A stretch of 64,000 nt of DNA from Candidatus Obscuribacteraceae bacterium (GTDB lineage Bacteria > Cyanobacteriota > Vampirovibrionia > Obscuribacterales > Obscuribacteraceae): positions 352,001 to 416,000 of the forward strand of contig JBGAHS010000007.1 of assembly GCA_044226015.1 (NCBI GenBank), in the 5' to 3' direction. This document shows positions 27,026-40,400 of this stretch, piece after piece; positions within the stretch are counted from its first letter, which is position 1, and every line of letters starts with the position of its first letter. The notes beneath the pieces are model-generated. The model did no database searches and was not told the DNA's origin. It saw only the letters and a list, made by a program, of their open reading frames with translations. The position numbers and the translations under genes were made by a program.

Positions 27026-27955
27026 ATGGGTGAGTTGAAATGCAATCAGAGTCGCATAGTCGAACTGCTGGAAAAACTAACGACGGGACAGGGGATGCGG
27101 CAATCCATCATCGACAGTGTTAAGTTGATGCGCCTTGATGGCAGCACTCCCAGAATGCCAGTTTTGTACGACCCAAGTATCGTTGTCATTGGTCGGGGGC
27201 GAAAGCGGGGTTATATTGGTGCGAATTGTTACACCTACGACCCGCACAACTACCTGGTTTTGTCAGTGCCTATGCCATTTGAATGTGAGACAGAAGTCGG
27301 CGAGGATGGTCCAATGTTGGGAGTTTCTATTGGTGTAGATGTGACCACTATTGGCGAGCTGCTTCTAAAAATGAAACGTCGTCCCGCTCCTGCCGCAGAT
27401 GGACCACTTGGTATATGTGCTACCCCGCTCGACGAGCGGATGACAAATGCAGTCGTGCGCTTGCTTGAATGCATGCAAAATCCTGAGGAGGCGCAAATTT
27501 TTGGACCAAGTATCGTTAGAGAAATTACTTATCATGTACTATGCGGGAAGCATGCCGGAGCGCTGCAAGCCCTGATGACTTTGAACAGTAATTTGGGGCA
27601 GATACAGCGGGCTTTGCACAAGATGCAAACTGATCTTGATTCACCAATTGATATCGCGTCGCTTGCTGAGGAAGCTGGAATGAGTCCTTCTTCCTTTCAT
27701 CACATCTTCAAGTCGGTAACAGCCACTTCGCCATTGCAATATTTGAAAACTCTGCGCTTGCATAAAGCCCGACTACTGATGGTTCATGAGGGATTGAATG
27801 CTGGTGAAGCCGCAGAAAGGGTGGGGTATGAAAGTGCATCGCAATTTAGCCGAGAATTCAAGAGATTTTTTGGTGCCTCTCCGGTTGTTGCTGTGGCTGA
27901 AATGCGGGCGAGATTTGGACTGAATGAATCGAGTCCTGCGCTCATGTCGCAGTGA
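27026..27955 (+). CDS. AraC-family regulator (YqhC-like)
   Basis: AraC_N-type domain plus double HTH (SPLQYLK..RL, VGYESASQFSREFKR); divergent from the ADH gene. Confidence 0.93.
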   Translation: MGELKCNQSRIVELLEKLTTGQGMRQSIIDSVKLMRLDGSTPRMPVLYDPSIVVIGRGRKRGYIGANCYTYDPHNYLVLSVPMPFECETEVGEDGPMLGVSIGVDVTTIGELLLKMKRRPAPAADGPLGICATPLDERMTNAVVRLLECMQNPEEAQIFGPSIVREITYHVLCGKHAGALQALMTLNSNLGQIQRALHKMQTDLDSPIDIASLAEEAGMSPSSFHHIFKSVTATSPLQYLKTLRLHKARLLMVHEGLNAGEAAERVGYESASQFSREFKRFFGASPVVAVAEMRARFGLNESSPALMSQ

Positions 27956-28472
27956 TATCAAGGTTCTTTGGGCTTTGCTCCTTGGAAAATGTTATTTGTA
28001 CAACAGTCTAGTTTTAGAGTAGTTTCTGTAGAGCGTGTTTCGTTGGTCATGATGCACTCTTGATGTTAAAACGGGCTTGGTCTGCTGATTCTGATGCTGT
28101 CGTGTACATCGTATGTGGTGGCGGAATCGACGCCTGCGCTGCTTAAGTCATGAGTTTGTTCAGGCAGTCCGGAGCATCCAGGCTGCAGCAATTGAACGGA
28201 GGCTCGGTGGACGTTTCGGCGGAGATAAAATCTTTTGGCATCCGTTAGCTGAAGGATTGAGAAGCTGATCTTTGTTCTTTTCGAACTGCTTCTCTAGCAA
28301 TACTTTCCAGATGCCCTGAATTCCTGTGTAGCTGATGGCGTGCGGGAAATACGAAGAATTTATACACTTTCGGGTTATTGACGGAGTGTAATTTGTATGA
28401 AACACCGCTATAGTAATTGCATAAATAAGATGAGGGTAGCTGCTTAGCCCTCACAAAATAAAAGGGGAACCA

Positions 28473-31400
28473 ATGAAGTCGCATCTCTCTGGATGGGGCG
28501 GCGCTTGCGCTGCGTCTTTTGCCTGTACGATGTTCGTATGGCAGCTTCTCTACCCGTTATGCTCCGCCGCACAGGGAAGACCAGGTAGCACGGCGCCTGC
28601 TCCGGCTGCATCTGTGGGCATGGGAGGCGCTGTCGATTTAGGTTCTTCGCAAGTTAACCACGCTGCTCCGAACACTGCGCCTGTCACGATTCGGGTGGGC
28701 GGTTCTGTCCACAATGGCATCGTAAATGGTGGCACTTCACTCACTATTCTGCCTGGCCAGGCTATAACAGCAGCAGCGCTGGCCGCAGTTCAGAGTGTTT
28801 TGAGCACGGGGCATCAGAGCCTGCTCTTATCAACGCAAGGAACCGCATATGGCGGATACCTTGGTGTGACTAACAGTCTGATAAGTGGTGCGAACGGGCT
28901 TACTATCCCATCCGGGGTGACGGCATATTCTATCGGTGCGACCTCGCTAAGTCCTTTGACGATTGATGGTGCGTCAGTTTTGAATGGCGCTTTTTATGCT
29001 TTGCAAAATCAGCCGAACATAACAAGTGTGTTGCAATTCGGTAACCTGACAATTGGGTCGACGGGTACTCTTTCGGGGCATCTTCCCTCCAGCCTTGGAT
29101 TCCTCTCTGGGGTGTACTCTTCTGGGGGGTTGAATCTTAATGTCACCAACAACTTCTTAAACCAGGGGACTGTTTCTACTCCAGGCAACCTATCTATCAA
29201 TGCTGGCGGAAGCATCATCAACCAGAGTCTATCGGGTGTTCTTGCTAGCATCACTGCTTCCTCGGCCAACTTGTTTTCGAATATTGGTCAGGTTGTGAAC
29301 AGTGGTGCAATTACTGCTACGGCTGGAAATCTCAACATAGCTTCTGCTGCTACATCTAACTTGATAGTAAACAATCTTGGTGGTGTTTTGCGAGCAAGCG
29401 AAGCCATCAATATTCGAGATCTGCTTTATAGCTCCAGCTCGAATACTTCCATTATAGGTGGTGATGTTCTCAGCAAAGAGTTGAACATTTTTGGTGGGCA
29501 AGGAGCTGTCTTGGCGCAAGTCGAGAATCTGACGGGTGTGGTCAATTCGTCTGCGTGCACAATTTCAGTTAGTGCTGCTACACCTAACCTTGTTTTTGGC
29601 AATATCAACGCTACTGGTGACCCATTACTCCAGAATACGGCTGGCGATGTCACCATTAGTGGTTCATTTGGTGCAGGCGGCAATACATCTGTTATTGCAT
29701 CCGGTGATGTTCTGGCCGCGGCTGGCTCCAGTCTAACTTTGACCGGTGCTGGTGATGATTTGTTCGTCGTAGCTGGAGCCAACATTCAGGGGTCTGGTCC
29801 ATATATCATTACTGGACCGAAGTCACCGACAGGTGGAAAAATCGACCTCACTGGGATGACTTCTATATCCACTGTTGGTGGCGATATCGTTATGGCTGCT
29901 TACGATGGAGGAAATGTTGATTCTGGAAGAATTATTATTCCGAGTGCGCCCATAACAACTAAAGGTGGAGATGTCACTTTAATTGGTGCCGACCGAAACG
30001 CGGTGGCTACCAATGCGGTGGACATCAAATCTGTTGACACCAGTGGCGGTGGCGCACATTTAGGAAACATTACTATTCGTGCTGCTGACTTACCTTCAAA
30101 CATAAACATAGTTGTTGATGCCAGCGGAAATGCGACTGGCGTGAGCCAGATTAGCAGTTTTGCTGGTGCTCCTCTACCGAGAAATATCAATATCACTGGT
30201 GATTTGATTGCTGATGGCGCTGCTATCAATCTGGTCGCAGGTGATGGAGTAGCCTTTGGTAATATCTTGATCGGTGGGCAGGTAAAAAACAACGCGTCAG
30301 CTGGGCAAGCTGGTTCTTTCACTGTCTTCCAGAATTCTGCTAATCCATTTGTAGTTGGCAATGCTACCGTCAACGGAATTGTGGGTGCTCCGGCGAATTC
30401 AAATTCGATTCTTTTGCTTCCAGGAGCTGCTGGTGCTGGTGGCACTCTGAGTATCACGAACCAGGGCACTGGTGGGATTACCGTCAACAACATGAATTCC
30501 AACATCCAGGCCAAAGCGAGCTCTGGCAATGGTGCCAACTATGTCTTCAGTGCTCTTTCCACTCCTACATCGGGTGGACCCATCACCTTTAATGGTGGTG
30601 GCACGATGGACGCAAGTGCTGTCGGCACAGGCAAGGGTGGAAACATCACCATCAACTCAGGTACATTCACCAATGCTGGTGGTCTATCTACGTTTAAAGC
30701 AGATGGAGCCGGTACAGGTGCTGGCGGAATCATTCAAATCACTAGTCTTGCATCAACAAATGACATTGTGGTTGGAACAGTCTCTCCGGCGATTTCCTTG
30801 TCTGCGCAAGGGGGAGGCACTGGTGGCAATGGCGGAACTATTCAAGTTCAGGCTGGCCGCAATCTTACTGTTGATGTCAACGCTGCCAAAGCAGGTCCTC
30901 TAGCGGGTAACAGTGCGGGAGGCAACTACAGTTTCGAAGCTGGTGCTGGCGGTGCTGGCAATCTCGTGATCACGGGTAATCTGAATGCCAACGGTATTGG
31001 AAGCGGAGCTGGTGGGCAGATATCACTGACTTCAAACAGCAGCACAACTTTCTCTGTCACAGGAGCGACCAACGGTACGACAGGCACGCTCTCCGCTCGC
31101 GGCGGAGCTAGTGGTGGCGATGGAGGAGGTATTTCCATCGTCAACAAGGGAACTGGTGGTATCACTATCACTAATGCTAGCTCAGTGAATGTTTCACCTC
31201 AGGCGGCAGGCAACGGCGGCAATCTGACTGTCAAATCCACTACCGGTGCTATCACGCTTGCTGCTGGCAATTACAGTGCAACTGCAGGTGGTGGCAATTC
31301 AAAGGGTGGCACCTTAGATATAGAAGGTACGGATGTCGCAATATCTTCGAATGCTCCTGTTGTTCTTTTTGCTGATGCAACCGGTACTGGCGCTGGCGGT

Positions 31401-34400
31401 TCGGTGACCTTGAAGGCGACCGGTGTTGGTAAGAACATTCTTATTGACAGCTCTACTACCACAAAGAATTTCCAGGTATCGGCTCGTGGTGGTTCAACGG
31501 GCTCAGCATCCGGCGATGGCGGGTCAATAACTGTAACTGCGGGGGGCAATCTCACTGTCACCGCGAGCTCTAAGTTCGATGCATCACCTGCTGGCAACAA
31601 CGGTAATGGTGCTAAGTATGATCTTGAAGCTGGCACAAATGGCTCAGGCACGCTGCTGATTGGCAAGAGCATCGATGCAAATGCTAAAGGTGTAGGTAAC
31701 GGTGGCAACGTCACATTGATTACTAACACCAGTGGTGCTACTCCTTTTGAAATTGGCACTTCAGCCACTTCTGCAGGTGTTATTGGTACGATAGCAGCAA
31801 AGGGCGGCAGCACTGGAAATGCTGGCAGCATTGTTGTGCGAAATCTTGGTGATAGTGGTATCAAGCTTGATTTGACTACAAACGTTGACGTACATGCCAC
31901 TAATGGCAGTGCTGGCTCCATAGTTCTTGATGCTGCGGCGACGAAGGGTAAAGAAGGAAACATCACGATTCCTAGCGGCACCTTAGATGTGTCGGCTACT
32001 GCTGGTGCAGCTTCATCCGGTGGCTCTGTCTTGCTGCAGGGTAAGGACTGGATCACTTCTGGTAGCGGTGTCCTGAATATCGTTGCTGATGGTTTCGGAA
32101 GTGGAAGTGGTGGCTCTGTCGCTTTCGCAACTACATCATCAGGAAGCAATGTCACTGTCGGGTCCCTGGGTGGCACTGTCACCCCCTCTCTAGATATAAG
32201 TGCTCACAGTGGAGCATCGGGCGGAAACGGAGGCTCGATCTCTGTCAAAGCTGGTGGCAATTTGACTGTGAACAATGACCCTGCGCATTTTGATGCAAAT
32301 CCGAAGGGAACAGATGGAGCTGGGCAGTCTCTGACTTTCATAGCAGGAAACAATGGAAATAGTGGTGACCTGTTTGTTAACACATCGCTTTCGGCAAAGG
32401 GTGTTGGAAATGGAAATGGTGGAACCATTCATTTAGAGACAAGCAGCGCTGGGCAGTTCAATATAGGTACAGGTTCCGTATCTCCGGGTGTTAATGGCAC
32501 CTTGGATGCTAGTGCGGGTCCGACCTCTGGCAATGGTGGCACAGTCTATGTACAAAATCATGGGGCTGGTGGTCTCAATTTAGGAGCTACAACAAATGTA
32601 AATGTGGCAGCTTCCAGTGGACCTGCGGGCGGCAGTGGCGGAAACATAACTCTAGATGCTGGCTCTGGTGCTTTAACGATTCCTCTGAGCGCCGCACCAG
32701 GTGGTGCCACTCTTAACGCTGGCGCAACAGGTGGTGGCACCAAGGACGGTGGCAGCATCACTCTGAATGCAAATACAATTACTATGCCTAACACCGGGCA
32801 GACTTTGACGCTTGACGTTCATGGTATTGGTGGTGGTAACGCCGGCAAGGTGACCACCACGCAGGGGTCTGGTCCAATCAATTTTGACGGTACGGCGGGC
32901 AATTTTAAAATAGATGGTCGCAGCGGCGATGGTGCTGTGATCACAATTACGACTCCAGGAAAGCTTACATATGACCCGTCTGTAAATCCTTATCTTCCAC
33001 TAGATCCTAATGGTGATGGGGCTCGACTGACTCTAACTTCAACAAGTGGAGACTTGTATGTAAATGGATCACTTGATGCTAGCGGTGTAGGCACCGGGTC
33101 CGGTGGCTTGATTTCATTGAGTAGTAATTCTGCCGGCAACACGCCATTCACCATAGCGCCTGGTGCCGTGACGAATGGTGTGAATGGAACATTGAAAGCT
33201 AATGGGGGAACGCTTGGTGGCAATGCTGGAACTATCCAGGTATTCGACCATGCAGCTAATGGCGGTTCTGCCGCCAGCAAGGGTATTATTGTTGGTGATA
33301 CATCTAACATAAGTGCTGTAGGTTTTCAGGGCAATGGTGGCAACATTGTTCTCAAATCGGATAATCGCACTGTTGAGTTTCAATCTACAAAAGGTGGAAC
33401 TTCTCTAGATGCAAGTGCAACCGGGGGCAACTTCAGTGGTGGAAGCATTGACGTTACCGGTACTCGAATTGATTCCAACACTATTAAAGGATTGACTTTT
33501 AACGCGAACGGCAGTGGCACGGGCGCAGGTGGTGCCATTCACCTGACGGCAACTGATTCCACTATCGGAAGCATCACACTTGGAACGGGCAGCGGTGAGG
33601 TTCAGCTGAATGCGAAAAGTGGCACTGGTGCAACCGCTGATGGTGGCTCTATCACAGTCGACGCTGCTGTCGACATAACAGGATCGAGCGCTTCACTCAA
33701 TGTAGATTCACTCGCCACTGCCGATGGAAATGGTGGCGCGATAAGGCTTCACGCAGGGCTGTCCGGTAACGGGCACATACGCATCGCAGGCGATGTATCT
33801 GCAGATGGAAAAGGTAAAGGCAACGGTGGATTGGTTGAAATCAGTTCGCCTTTCAATAACAATTTCACGCTCGGTTCTGCGACTGGTCTCGATTACATTA
33901 CCGGTAAGATCAGTGCCAAAGCTCCTGTGACTGGTACTGGTGGCACAGTAAACATAATAAACACCAGAGCCGGAGCTCCTCTGAACATTGACTTCACTTT
34001 GACAGGGCTTATCGATGCCGGCAGTGCCCAGGGACTCTTCGGAAATGTAGATTTGCTGGTAAACGGCGCTCGCGGCTCTACACCGAACCCAGCTGCTGGC
34101 GAGAGCGTCACTGTGACAAGTGTGGCTGGCGGCGGACAGATTAATGGTTTCATCACCACCTATGGTACCGATGTTGCAATAAAGACAGATGCTCCTAATG
34201 CGCGTGTAGACATCGGAGAAATCAGAACTAACTTCGCTGCAGCTACTGTTGGAACCATCAATATTGATTCATCTAACGGGCAAGGCATCGTTTCAATTGG
34301 TGAAGGTCATAAGCTAATAGCCAAGGACAACGTCAATATAACGACTGAGATATTCATAGATAACACCACGATTTTTCAGTCTCAAAAGAATAATGGGCAA

Positions 34401-37400
34401 ATAGTAGTTCAGAGTCCGGCTGGAAGCGACTTGTTTGTCAGGGGCGAAGGATATCTCACCTTGACTGGCACTGGTTCTGGCAACCTCATTAAGTTTGCCG
34501 TGCCTGCAAACAAGACTTTGCACGTTGAAAACAACTTGACTTTGCAGCCAAACGACGATCTGTCGAAGATTCAGTACCTGGCTGGAGCCAATGGTACCGT
34601 GGTTATTCAAGCAGGACGCACGCAGCTTATTAATGACGGTGCTGAAGTTGTCGTCTCTACTACGACCTTTGAACTTGGGTCCGGAAGCTCAATAAAAGCA
34701 AACCCGCCTGGTGGAAGAACTACTAGCATCATTGTAGATACTGGTGCTTCCAACACCGATTTGACCGTCAAGCTTGATGGCAGTGCTAGTCTTGTTGCAG
34801 GTGGTTCTGGAACCCCGACGATTAACATCGGACCCACCGCGACTACAGCCGATGGGCGCAATCTCACCTTCCAGAACAACAGTGGTGGCAGTGCTACGTT
34901 GAGCTTGCTCGGTGGTGATGTGACGACCCATATCACCAGTACAACAGCTAAGGCTGTTGAAACAATAGACAATAAGCTGACCATCACGGCAGATCACAAC
35001 ATATTGATGACTGCTAACCAGGCTGTTGGTGCTACTCAGATTTCGGAAATTCAAAATAACGGCACCATCAACACTTCACTTGCAGGTGGAAACATCACAG
35101 CGCAGAGCAACGGTGATCTTGCAGTAGATGGCACCAATGGCACCTGGTCTGTCTCCGGTGGCGCTGGAGCGATAAATCTCAAAGCCTCTGTGGGCTCGTT
35201 GACCGGGCACCAACTAAATATTGGTGGTACGCAAACGTATGATCCTGGTGCTGGCGGAACAGTACTTTACGACTCGCCTATTTGCAGTGTGCCGATTGGC
35301 TCTGTGAATATTTCTGGTACTCAGCTTGTAACTAACACGCCTCAGAATGCTACGCTGACTATCAACACAGCGCTGTTGACCTTTGCCTCCGCTACGGCCC
35401 TGACAGTGCAAAATCCAAGCACTGCTGTTGTGGGTTTGAACGTAACTTGTCCTTCGGGCTGTGACCTTACGGTCCAATCGCCGTCTGGTGGAACAGCAAC
35501 TCTTACAACAACAGGTTCTAAGTTTCAAATTGGTCCATCAACGGCAGGCAAGAACCTCAGCTTCACAGATTCAGGAGCTAGTACTGCGAACCTACTTTTC
35601 CGTGGGGGTACTGTCACAACTAACACCAGTGCTGGTGGCACTCAAACAGTCGCAGCAAACGTCAATATCAACGCGAACAATCTCATAACCATGAATGTTG
35701 ATAATGGCACTTTGAGCAACTTCGGCATAATCGGTGCCACAACTGCGGCAAATGCTCCTGGTGCAATAACGGTTCAATCGAGCGTGGGCAATCTCACCAT
35801 AAGCAATCTCGGAACGATAACGGTTAATCCTGCAGGTGTTGGTGCCGGCGCCGGCGGAACTATTCAGATTCTTGATACCCCAGGAACACTTTCTATCGCA
35901 TCGGGTTCACTTGATGCGAGTGCTGTAGGACCCGGGAATTTCGCTGGTGGAACTATCACTGTCACTGCTCAGAACATCGGCATCACTGGTGGCAATTTGA
36001 ACCTCAGTGCTGATGGAAATGGAACCGGCAAGGGCGGCACTGTGAATGTCACTGCTACATCAAACACTGGTGACATCAGTGTTGGCGGAGCAAGTGCAAA
36101 CTTCAACATCGCTGCTCGTGGTGGCGGCGGTGGTGGAAACGGTGGGACCATCAACCTCTCTGCTGGTAGAACCGTCAGTATAAGTAGTACTGGAGGAAGC
36201 AACTTCAATGTTAGCCCTACCGCTGCTAACGGCAGTGGCGGTGATATCAACATTACTGCAAGTACAGCAACCAGCACGGGCGATCTCACGATAGCTGTTG
36301 ACCTTTCCTCAAATGGACTTGGCACTGGAAATGGTGGCAACATTAAGCTGACCAACAACAGTACTGGCTCCATAAACGTTCAGGGCAAGTTACAGGCTGA
36401 TTCTGGTGCTGCTGGTGGACGCGGTGGAACTATCACAGTGCGTAATACTGGAGGAGGTAGCGCGACGAGTGCAATCACTCTCAGCAATACAGTCAGCGCG
36501 ACATCTGTAACCAACAACGGAACTTTCGGAACTATAACTATTGATTCTGCTGGGGCATCTGGCAATGGCATCATTGATATTCAGAGTCCTACGATCACCG
36601 CAGACAATGTGGGAACTGGTGGTGGAAGTGCAAGAGGCGGTGCTGTAAGCATTACAGGGCGAAATATTACCCTATCTGCTGGAAGCGCACACTCGATTAC
36701 AGCAGATGGACCTACAAGTGGTAGTGGAAGTGGTGGTCAGGTTACTCTGAACACTTCTTCTAACCCAGCCTCTGATATCACTTTGACTTCTGGACTAGGC
36801 GGACTGACCATGTCGGCCCACAGTGGTAGCACTGGCGGCAACGGTGGCACTGTCACGGTGACAGCTGGTCGAAATGTCAGCCTCGCGTCAACAGGAGTTG
36901 TCGATGCTGGCGTAGTCAGTGGTACTGGAAATGGTGGCAGTATTCTCATTACCGGTAGTGCGGGCGCTGGTTCCAATGGTGTCGTCACAATTCAACCTAC
37001 GCTCACTGTGAATGGCAGTGGTGGAGGTTCGGGTGGAACTATCAAGGTCATCAACAATAGCAATGCTCCTGGTGCAATTGTCATCAACGGTGGCACAGAT
37101 TCTCTACTTGCAAATGGTGGAACTGGAGGAACTATCCTCGTTCAGAACAATGGACAAGGGGGAACCAATGGTGGCATTTCCATACAAGGTAATGTAAGCG
37201 CTACGAGTTCTGTCAGTGGCAACCCGGCGTCAAATACCATCACGATAGATGCAAGTGGAAATGGCGGCGGACCGGTGTCCTTTAGCACTGGCTCAGTGAA
37301 AGCTGACGTGCTTGCTGGCGGAAATGGAACTGGTGGAACCATTCTGATACAAGGTTCTGCTTTCACGCTGGGTGGAACTGCCGGAGCAATAAGCTCAAAT

Positions 37401-40400
37401 GGTGCAGGAATCGGTGATGGTGGCAAAATCACGATCAAAGCCTCTGGAGCAATTGCTGATGTGAACATAGGTGCTGGAGGTGGGGCGTTCGCCGTAACAG
37501 CCAATGCTACAGGTACTGGTTCTGGAGGCAGTATTAGTGTAACTGCGGGCAATGATATTAATATTTCTCCTACAGCGATTTTGCAGGCCAACGCCAAAAC
37601 GACTGGTAAAGGCGGTAGCATCTCCTTAACTGCTTCAAGTAGTTCTACAAACGGAGTCATAAACGATCTCGCCCCAATATCAGCAAATGGTGCTGGAGTT
37701 GGAAACGGTGGCTCTGTGACAATGGTTAATAACAGCAGTGCTGCCGACGCCATCTATATAGACCAAGCGATCAGTGTAGATGCTGGTGTGACAGGTAGTG
37801 GTGGCACCATTTCGCTCACTAACGCTGGTGTGGCTGGTGGCAATGGTGGAATCCATTTGGCTACGAAAGCTAATCTATCTGCCAAGAGCAGCAATGCAAA
37901 TGCTTCAGTTGCAACTAGTATCACAATTGATGGTAAAGGTAGCGGGTTAAATCCAAATGGTGTGATTAGTCTGGACAACGACAGCATCTCTGTTGCTGGT
38001 ACTGGAGCCAGTGGTAGTGGGGGCAATGTGCTTGTGCGCGGTGAGGGCATCAGCCTGACTGGAGTCGTCGTTAAACAAATAGATGCTAGTGCTGCCCCCG
38101 GAAGTGCCGGTGGAACGATCACCTTTACGAGCTTGGGAGCGTCCAATGATGTCAGTCTAAGTGCCGGACCTGGCCTGGTACTACGCGCTCAGGGTGGTTC
38201 TGGGTCTGGTGGCAATGGCGGTAGTGTCATCGTTGACTCAGGCAAGTCTATTTCCTTACCCAGCCCCGCAACGCAAATACTAGTGAATCCTCAAGGTACA
38301 AACGGTAATGGCGGAAACATTACTCTCCGCGCTGGAAACGCTGCTGCGGGTGACCTTATTGTCGGGGGAACAGTGAATGCTGATGGCGCTGGTTCCGGAA
38401 AAGGTGGCAATATAGTTGCTTCCCTCGGAACTGCTGGAAGCGGACTTTTCCAAATTAATGGAAATGTCAGTGCAAACGGTGGTTCTACCGGAAATGGTGG
38501 AACTATTTCACTAACATACAATGATCCGACCAATCCTCTGCATACAGGTAGTTCTCCAGCAACTGAGAGTTTCGTAAGCGGAACAATCTCTGCTAATGGT
38601 GGAGCATCAGCTGCAACTACAGGTGGTGACATCACTGTCGCAACCAACGCCAATGCGACCCTCAACGTTGATCTCGGCAATGTCATACAAGCTGCAAAAG
38701 GTCCGGGCGGCACTCTCGGAACGCTAACTTTCGACAAGGCGGGACAGGCAGTAAATGTGGTAGGAAGCTCACAACTTATTGGCCAGGTTCTGTCCCACGG
38801 TAAGTCCATCAATATAGATACAGGAGCTGCAAACTGTGTAATAACTGTTCGCGACATCGTGTCGACCTCTGGGGATGTTTCGCTCAAGGTGCCATGTCCT
38901 ACTGGTACTATCGAAATCGGGCCAAATACAACTTCTGCAACCCCACTTGTTCAAGCCCAGGGTGGTGTTGTTAACACATTTGGTGAATTCTTGACCATGT
39001 CTGGGGCAGGTAAAATAACGGCTAATCTAGCTGGTGGTACTTCGAACATTCGTGCCAACACCATTTCAATGGCTGGCAGCAGTGTAATCGAATCTACCGG
39101 TGCTAATTCAACCTTGAATGTGCAGGCTTGCTGTACTTCTAATCTAACTGTTAATTTTGCTACTGGTTCTCCAACCATTAGAAATACAGGCACCGGCAAT
39201 AGCGATGTCAATTTTAACTCGCTGGTTAATGGACCTGTGACAATCAATAGCCCCGGCGTGGGCACAATTTCCGCGACTCGAAATGTTTCATTCAATGGTG
39301 GAAATGGTTCGGGTGATGTTCTGGTAAGCATAGCGCAGGTGAGTGGTACCATAACTGGTACTGGACACGCGTTCTCTGTGACGACCACTACCGGCAACCT
39401 CACAGCAAATGGCATCACCACCAGTACTGGTGGCTCCAACATTTTATTGAACGCTAGTGGCGGTGCCGTAAGCGCTAGCAATGTTGCTGGGGAAGGCGAT
39501 ATAACTCTTACGGGCGGAAACGGTGGCGTTACAGCTAATACCATTTCTACTAATAACGGTAAATTCACCGCTACGGCCAACAAGACTGGCAATATCGTTG
39601 CAACCGACGTAAGTTCTTCCAACACATTGACACTTCAAAATAATGTTACGAACGGAACGATTACAAGCAACGGTAAGGTTCAATCATCCGGTGCCGCGGT
39701 CGTAATCAACACAACGGGAAATACTGGTTCTTATCAGAACAATGGTTCTGTCAGCGGTACCAGTGTCACAGTCACATCACCACAGTCGACACTTGCTGCA
39801 TCTGCTTCAATTACCGGAACTACCGGGTCGGTGAACTTCGACAGCAATTCATCTACGCTGGGTCTGACAGTGAATCTCGGAATCAATTCTTCCGCTACTG
39901 CCTTCTCTGGCAGCTCTGTTAACTTCAACAAGAACACCACTGGTGGACCGATAACGGTAAGCGGTCAAGGTGATCTGAGTGCTGGAGCCAAGGGCTCGGT
40001 CGGGGTGAATGGCGGCGCAGGAGCCGTTAGTATCGATGTGCGATCGATCGACTGTTGCGTCATAGGTCTGGGCGTCGCGACTGGTCCTGTCGGGGCTCAA
40101 GCTCCACTCGGTGGAGCCAGTGTAGCGGTCAAAGTAAGTTCTGGTAATGTACAGGTCGGGCCGATTGCAGCCTCTACCGGAGCGCTTTCGGCGGTGACCA
40201 CAGATGCCAATGGAAATGCCGTTGCTTGTGACAATCTGTTTGCCGGTGGAGCTGTGACGCTCACCTCAGGAAATAACGGATTCACGAGTGTGCCATCAGG
40301 CAAAACTGTGACTGGTGGTTCCGTACAAATCAACACGCCTGACCTGAAAGTTGATGGCAACATAAATTCAACAACGGGCAATGTTGCAGTTGATAGCAAC

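Noticed and set aside
27960..28470. Riboswitch upstream of the giant gene
   Set aside because: Only a small hairpin (28431-28453) was found; no recognisable c-di-GMP or other aptamer consensus.
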